Assembly (NCBI GenBank): GCA_039191905.1
Contig: JBCCXJ010000003.1
Location: forward strand, 139,754-203,753
Length of the DNA: 64,000 nucleotides
Source: Bacteroidota bacterium
GTDB taxonomy: Bacteria > Bacteroidota > Bacteroidia > Flavobacteriales > Flavobacteriaceae
Reading direction: 5' to 3'
Shown: piece by piece, positions 59,142 through 64,000 of the stretch
Position numbering within the stretch: position 1 is the first letter of the stretch
Layout: every line of letters starts with the position of its first letter
The notes under the pieces: generated by a model
What the model saw: the letters and a program-made list of their open reading frames with translations, nothing else
Told to the model about the DNA's origin: nothing
Database searches by the model: none
Translations under genes and position numbers: made by a program

Positions 59142-59361
59142 AGATACCTACAGAGAGTTTCTTTTTGATTTGGCAAAAAGAGTTAAATCCTTGAGAGAAA
59201 GTAGAGGTCTAACCCAAGAAGACGCCTATAATGATACTGGAATACACTTTGGGCGCATAGAGCGGGCAAATAGTGATATTAAGTTAAGTACTCTAGTCAA
59301 GGTCGCTGAATACTTCGACATTAAATTATCTGATTTTTTTAAAGAAGGATTTAAGTTATAA
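59131..59361 (+). CDS. XRE-family HTH regulator (second)
   Basis: LRESRGLTQE, IHFGRIE, LSTL, LSDFF; TTG start overlapping the previous gene. Confidence 0.85.
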   Translation: MINEDTYREFLFDLAKRVKSLRESRGLTQEDAYNDTGIHFGRIERANSDIKLSTLVKVAEYFDIKLSDFFKEGFKL

Positions 59362-59391
59362 TTGCTGTTTAGCTTTCTAGAATAGCATTAT

Positions 59392-60033
59392 TCATATCCA
59401 TTCTGGGGGAATCACCGCAGAATCGGTACCATCAGTTTTAGTAACAATCTGAGGCATTTTTGCCCTATCAAAAAAATGCCAGCTTTTTTCCAATAAAGTT
59501 ACTTTTCTTCTAGGAGCAATATCTCTTAAATCGTTGCTGTAGTTTGTAGGTGGAAAGAAAATTCGAAGTTTTTTGTTGGGATAATTGGTTTTGATAAACT
59601 CTAAGGGCGGAACCAAGTCGCTATCTGCAGTTACCAGAATAAGTTTGTCTACATTGTCTAAAGCACAATCTCCAATAAGGTTCACGGCAATATTAACATC
59701 TGTTCTTTTCTCCTCAGGTTTGGTAAAGTCAGTCTTACAATTAGTACAATGAATGGGTTTATCAATGTACTTTCCTTTGATTACCTGAAAGTTTCTTCCA
59801 TTTATTATATCATTTGCTTTGAATAAAGCACTTTGCCTAATTCTTTTACCAATTGATAATGGTGGGGCGGTAAAATACTTTACCGTAACAAGAGTGTCGT
59901 CCGCATCCAGAAATTGTTCAAAAAGTTTATATAAATCAATCCAGTAATACGCTCCCCATCTAATATCCCTACGTTTTTTCTTTTTGAGTCCATAATAAAA
60001 ATTGAACCCATCAACATATACTATTGTTCTCAT
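59392..60033 (-). CDS. NYN-domain (PIN-like, LabA/DUF88) ribonuclease
   Basis: YVDGFNFYY, KYFTA, CTNC, EEKRTDVNIA, TADSDL: acidic active-site residues intact. Confidence 0.92.
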   Translation of the reverse strand: MRTIVYVDGFNFYYGLKKKKRRDIRWGAYYWIDLYKLFEQFLDADDTLVTVKYFTAPPLSIGKRIRQSALFKANDIINGRNFQVIKGKYIDKPIHCTNCKTDFTKPEEKRTDVNIAVNLIGDCALDNVDKLILVTADSDLVPPLEFIKTNYPNKKLRIFFPPTNYSNDLRDIAPRRKVTLLEKSWHFFDRAKMPQIVTKTDGTDSAVIPPEWI

Positions 60034-60041
60034 TACTATAT

Positions 60042-60071
60042 AAAAAAAAAGCTGTCCTTAACCGGACAGCT
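60042..60071 (-). terminator. Intrinsic terminator 8 nt upstream of the NYN start codon
   Basis: Minus strand AGCTGTCC-GGTTAA-GGACAGCT followed by a T run. Confidence 0.85.
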
Positions 60072-60108
60072 GTACCCAGTCTAACGACGAGGCGATGCGT
60101 TTCTACGT
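60042..60108 (-). ncRNA. Putative ~65-nt leader/antitoxin-like RNA upstream of NYN
   Basis: GC-rich structured segment between a consensus promoter and a terminator in an AT-rich background; no ATG in it. Confidence 0.55.
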
Positions 60109-60109
60109 G

Positions 60110-60140
60110 CAAAATTACAAAAATGGTGCCATTTAGACAA
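60110..60140 (-). promoter_or_regulatory. Bacteroidota housekeeping promoter TTG-N20-TAATTTTG
   Basis: CAA at 60138-60140, 20-nt spacer, CAAAATTA at 60110-60117. Confidence 0.75.
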
Positions 60141-60360
60141 CATATCTTTAAAAGTAGGTGTTTTATTACATTAATAATGTGTTGTTGAGATAAAAAAGTA
60201 TTAGCAGTAGCTAGTCGTCGATATTTTTTTGATTCTGCAATTCTCAATCCCCAACCCTTCAAACTCCACAAATTACTTCTACTGCTGAACTTTAGGTGGT
60301 TTGCTCAAAAACTACTACCAAAGAAGAGCTACTTTTGTCATACTTTTAGGGAAAAAAGAA

Positions 60361-60405
60361 TAAGAAAAATAGTATAACTTTATAAAAATTATACTATTTT
60401 TCTTA
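60361..60405. repeat. 17-bp perfect inverted repeat
   Basis: TAAGAAAAATAGTATAA-N11-TTATACTATTTTTCTTA. Confidence 0.85.
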
Positions 60406-60655
60406 CCAATTTAGAATTGAAAATACTGTAACCTCTCTTTATCAATTCTTTTTACATCAACTTCATTATTAGTTATTAATGACAAGAATTGACCTTAAAA
60501 AAAGTAAAAGGTCGTCTTGATATAGTTCATTTTTTTATTAATTTGCCGAGGCTTTTTTATTGTGAGGATATTCTTGATTACTTATTTCCTCAACCTCTTT
60601 TCAGAACAAGTCACTCGAATTAGGTTTTCGGCGCTAATCTTAAATCTAATTTATT

Positions 60656-60850
60656 ATGAGAAAGTCAAACAAAACGTTGATTTTAATTATCGGTATTGTA
60701 CTTATGATGGTGTCTTGTGAAGCCACATCAATTGCCGAAGAAGAGAGGTACTACAATGAGATTACAAAAAAAGATTTATTTGATGTTATCAAACCTACGG
60801 GTACGGTTACGCCAAAGAACATCAGAAGACCAGGTAACGCACATAAGTAA
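60656..60850 (+). CDS. 64-aa lipopeptide precursor
   Basis: Signal peptide with lipobox MVS-C21, acidic linker, basic/Pro tail TPKNIRRPGNAHK. Confidence 0.75.
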   Translation: MRKSNKTLILIIGIVLMMVSCEATSIAEEERYYNEITKKDLFDVIKPTGTVTPKNIRRPGNAHK

Positions 60851-61451
60851 TAGGGCTTTTGGTACATTTTTAGTTTTACTATCCGGCATCTTAATATATG
60901 CCGATAAGATAGTAGAGTATTTTGACATCCAAATTCAATATGAGTTCAAATACTATGTTGGTTTGGATGTTTTTTTGTGGACTATCAGTCAGACCTTGGT
61001 AGTATTGTTATTGGTTTCTGCTTATTTCTTTAAGCCGTATAGGTGGTCTCTTTTAGTTCCACTTTTTATTTTTTCGGTACAATTGTCCTATGTTTTCTGG
61101 GATGAAGAATGGATACAAGGTGATTACTATTTATTATATTCTGGGGTTTTTACGGCGACGTTCCTGTTGGCCATATTTTTTGTCAGATACATTATTGCTA
61201 AGATTGTGTCGATTTTAAAGACATCAAGAAAAAAAGATGTGGACACCTTGGTGAACTTTGTTGTTGAAATACGTAATGACCATTATAAGAAAATATTGAA
61301 AAGTGCCAATGCCTTAGAGCTGATGCATGAGGCTGAATTTAACTTGGAAGAAAAGGAACGGCTCATGCAAATGATAAAAAGAGAAATACAGACCAATACC
61401 CAAGCATTCGAGATACGCATCGTGCAGACCTTACACGGAATAGATGATTGA
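60756..61451 (+). CDS. 4-TM membrane protein with C-terminal helical cytoplasmic region
   Basis: TMs starting GTFLVLLSGILIYADK. Possible starts GTG 60717, ATG 60756 or ATG 60783 all lie inside the lipopeptide gene. Confidence 0.7.
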   Translation: MRLQKKIYLMLSNLRVRLRQRTSEDQVTHISNRAFGTFLVLLSGILIYADKIVEYFDIQIQYEFKYYVGLDVFLWTISQTLVVLLLVSAYFFKPYRWSLLVPLFIFSVQLSYVFWDEEWIQGDYYLLYSGVFTATFLLAIFFVRYIIAKIVSILKTSRKKDVDTLVNFVVEIRNDHYKKILKSANALELMHEAEFNLEEKERLMQMIKREIQTNTQAFEIRIVQTLHGIDD

Positions 61452-61510
61452 TGTTTTTAAAAGAAGTCAAGCGACGGCTTTGGACTACAGATTGTTCGTT
61501 TCCAATACTC

Positions 61511-62356
61511 TTAATCTTCCAAACTATCAAACTCCACAAATTCATATTGGGGGGAGGCTTCGAACAATTGTCTCAAAATAGAGGCGTGACCGTTACCAAA
61601 TACGGCCAATATTCTGTCTTGCGGCCCTTCTGTTAGCCTCAAGATATTTGAGAATATGCGAACGTTTCGATTGTACCACCAAATGGTGAAATTATCCGCG
61701 CCATCATAATCTTTGGTAGCCATTTGCCCGGTGAGATATAATCCAAAGTTGGTGTTGTGAGACTCTCGCGTATTCATTTCCTTTATATAGGTCAAGATGT
61801 GCTTGTGTTTTACTTGGGAATCTCGGTAATCATACCATTGGAAGGCGCTTTCTAAGTAAGGATCACTAGCCTTCCAATCTATGTTCTCCAGTAAAGATTT
61901 GGATAGAACAGAATCTTTTTCAAAAAGTTCGCTTTGCAAGGTTTCGGCATCCACGCTGTACACGCTGTCAATGTCCAACTCATGCGCAATACGTAGGGCC
62001 ACTTGATAACGTTCGTCCCTTTTATCCCGATAAGCTCCTTTTCTATATTTCTGATAACGGTCATTCCAGTCCGTATCAGCTTCTATCATAATTTTGTTAG
62101 GCTTGAATTTTTTGATGTATTCTACAAGCTCGGTCACTTCGGTTTTCTTGGGTTCTTTTAGTACATCAATTTTGCTATCATCTTTGGTCTTGTGATCGTC
62201 TAAGCCTGGATAGTCCAAATGGAACATGCCCACAACCAGTACTTTGGTCTTTTCTTTTGGAAAAAAATCCGCTTTGGTCTTTTTTGCGGAAGTGTTTTGT
62301 GCAGAGGAAAGTTGTGCTACTATAGCGATAACAAGTAAAGCAATTAGATTTTTCAT
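61511..62356 (-). CDS. DUF5694-like (TraB/GumN-related) secreted protein
   Basis: VLVVGMFHL, FKPNKIMIE, ERYQ, WYNRNVRI, FGNGH. Confidence 0.75.
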   Translation of the reverse strand: MKNLIALLVIAIVAQLSSAQNTSAKKTKADFFPKEKTKVLVVGMFHLDYPGLDDHKTKDDSKIDVLKEPKKTEVTELVEYIKKFKPNKIMIEADTDWNDRYQKYRKGAYRDKRDERYQVALRIAHELDIDSVYSVDAETLQSELFEKDSVLSKSLLENIDWKASDPYLESAFQWYDYRDSQVKHKHILTYIKEMNTRESHNTNFGLYLTGQMATKDYDGADNFTIWWYNRNVRIFSNILRLTEGPQDRILAVFGNGHASILRQLFEASPQYEFVEFDSLED

Positions 62357-62375
62357 TTTCGAAGGTTTTAAAGAA

Positions 62376-62401
62376 AGATGAGGTTCAAGACAGAATGTTA
62401 C
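62376..62401 (-). promoter_or_regulatory. Putative ECF-sigma promoter GTAAC-N17-ATCT
   Basis: Same spacing as the sites at 16556 and 32141; 20 nt before the ATG. Confidence 0.45.
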
Positions 62402-62542
62402 GGAAATCTTGAGATTTTTTTTGAAAGCACCTTTGGAGTTTATAAAGTTCGAGATGTTAAATAAACTTTAAACTCAATTGTTACGTTAAACCTATGGAAT
62501 ATGCCGCAGTCCTAGAGGCATAATTCTTAAAACAACTTACCA

Positions 62543-63487
62543 ATGAATTACCTAAGATTTATTTATTCCATAGCCTTTGCAACTCTAGTATCGTGTTCTA
62601 CTTCAGACGATTCCGAAATCTTCGTATTGGAAGATGATTCGGTGTCGCTTTTTGATTGTGCGAACCCTTCAAGTATTTTTACCATTAACCTAGACCCTGC
62701 AGCATGCAATGTTGATATTGAAACCGAGTTGGGAACCTCTTCTCTGTATTCAGAATCCATTTCGGGCACTACTAGAGCCATTACGGTAAACGGTGTAGCT
62801 AACCACTTGGTGGGTGAATTTCCCAATTCGGGCAATCCCAGCACAATAGCCACAACCATTGAAAATTATTCCATGACCACCGAGCCTGAGCTTGCAGCCA
62901 ATGTTACCACTGGCCAAGGATACACCACGGCAGTTTATTTTTCAGGAGTGGTTGGCGAGCCATATACTGCAGAATACTTTATAGGTTCTGACGGTACGGT
63001 TAACCGAGACTGGAATATGACAACCTTGCAATCAGAAAGAAATCTGGGATTGGATTGCAACAATGCCCATGTTCAACCTACGGGTCGGTACCACTATCAT
63101 GGCACCCCCTCCAACTACATCTCATTGGAAGGCATAGATGGAACCGAAATGGTTAAAGTTGGATATGCGGCGGATGGTTTTCCTATTTATTACAAATATG
63201 CTTATGCCGATGATGGCGCTACCCTAGTGGAGTTAAGTAGCGGGTACCAGTTGCGAACCACAGAACGGGGAGGTGATGGAACAAGTGCACCTGATGGATG
63301 CCCCAATGGACTTTATTTTCAAGATTATGAGTATGTGGATGGCGTGTCCAGTTTGGACGAGTGCAATGGCACGTTCGGGAAAACACCGGAATCGGATAAT
63401 GAGTATTTTTATGTGATAACGGATAATTTTCCTTCCTCCCCACTTTGTTTTTCAGGTACACCTGATGCTAGTTTTTCCTTTAGATAA
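62543..63487 (+). CDS. YHYH-domain lipoprotein
   Basis: Lipobox VSC; LDCNNAHVQPTGRYHYHG, GYAADGFPIY, LDECNG. Confidence 0.92.
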   Translation: MNYLRFIYSIAFATLVSCSTSDDSEIFVLEDDSVSLFDCANPSSIFTINLDPAACNVDIETELGTSSLYSESISGTTRAITVNGVANHLVGEFPNSGNPSTIATTIENYSMTTEPELAANVTTGQGYTTAVYFSGVVGEPYTAEYFIGSDGTVNRDWNMTTLQSERNLGLDCNNAHVQPTGRYHYHGTPSNYISLEGIDGTEMVKVGYAADGFPIYYKYAYADDGATLVELSSGYQLRTTERGGDGTSAPDGCPNGLYFQDYEYVDGVSSLDECNGTFGKTPESDNEYFYVITDNFPSSPLCFSGTPDASFSFR

Positions 63488-63498
63488 TGCTATAGGTC

Positions 63499-64000
63499 AT
63501 GAAAAAAATCATTCTGTACACCTTGGCAATACTGTTTTTGCTTTTCTCTGAAACAGGGCATTCGCATCAACCGAACCAACTTACCTATACTTTTAAACTG
63601 GATAAGGATGTATCTACTCTAACAATTCATTTTACACCAAAGACCTTGATAGATATTTTGGAGTCTGTGAAACCTGAACTGAAGGGTGCTTCGAGCATTA
63701 ATTTGAATGGCCATAAAGATGATTTTCTAAGATATTTTAGTGAACGCATCCTATTGAACAAAGCCAATTTGGAAGGAAGATTATCCATTGGCGAAATGAA
63801 TTTACTTGCTCATAATGCATTTATCACATTTATTCTGGCCGATTCCATAGATGCCCCATGCGGACTGGAAATAGAGGTCAACAGCCTAACAGATGTCTAT
63901 TCCAAATTGGAAAACTTTGTTTTTGTAAGACATCAGGGAGAGACCGCTCGATTTGTATTATCGAATGAGCAGCGCGTTGCAAACTGGAAACCCAGTAAGT
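63499..64000 (+). CDS. Secreted hypothetical protein (signal peptide then HSHQ, DUF6702-like); runs off the window edge
   Basis: Read by hand: open frame MKKIILYTLAILFLLFSETGHSHQPNQ to the end of the window. Confidence 0.6.
   Translation, partial: MKKIILYTLAILFLLFSETGHSHQPNQLTYTFKLDKDVSTLTIHFTPKTLIDILESVKPELKGASSINLNGHKDDFLRYFSERILLNKANLEGRLSIGEMNLLAHNAFITFILADSIDAPCGLEIEVNSLTDVYSKLENFVFVRHQGETARFVLSNEQRVANWKPSK

Noticed and set aside
60011-60271. 86-aa minus-strand ORF upstream of NYN
   Set aside because: It runs through the promoter and terminator, has a non-ATG start and no protein-like features; the non-coding reading fits better.
58330-61451. Prophage or integrative element
   Set aside because: No integrase, structural genes, tRNA target or att repeats visible; treated only as an accessory islet.

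Overview
This is a chromosomal window from a marine-type Flavobacteriaceae bacterium (Bacteroidota), judged from TAnnTTTG promoters, A-rich leaders without Shine-Dalgarno sites, and gene content. In order it holds: (1) 1-21 kb, mostly minus-strand genes (S9 peptidase, AsmA-like protein, PLP decarboxylase, SulP, secreted hydrolases, and a GGT with an altered substrate pocket) plus a plus-strand pseudouridine synthase; (2) 21-30.6 kb, an argA-G-C-proC-D-F'-B-E-ACT-H operon with no argR, preceded by an unannotated 26-codon Arg/Pro-rich leader peptide ending ...PVRPFAPRRRP*; (3) 30.6-52.3 kb, a glycosyltransferase/redox/DUF547 cluster ending in an arsenosugar-type operon (rhodanese, TIGR04282-like, PNP, ArsM, DUF547, TIGR04283-like) with no arsS in the window, interrupted by AraC/serine-hydrolase and WYL/GyrI modules; (4) GH32, a long pyruvate kinase and GAPDH; (5) a 58.3-61.5 kb accessory islet with tandem XRE regulators, an NYN nuclease preceded by a short promoter-to-terminator RNA (type III toxin-antitoxin-like layout), and a small lipopeptide gene overlapping a membrane-protein gene; (6) DUF5694-like, YHYH and a partial secreted protein. 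I saw no rRNA, tRNA, CRISPR array, integrase or transposase. Family assignments come from recalled motifs, not from database searches.
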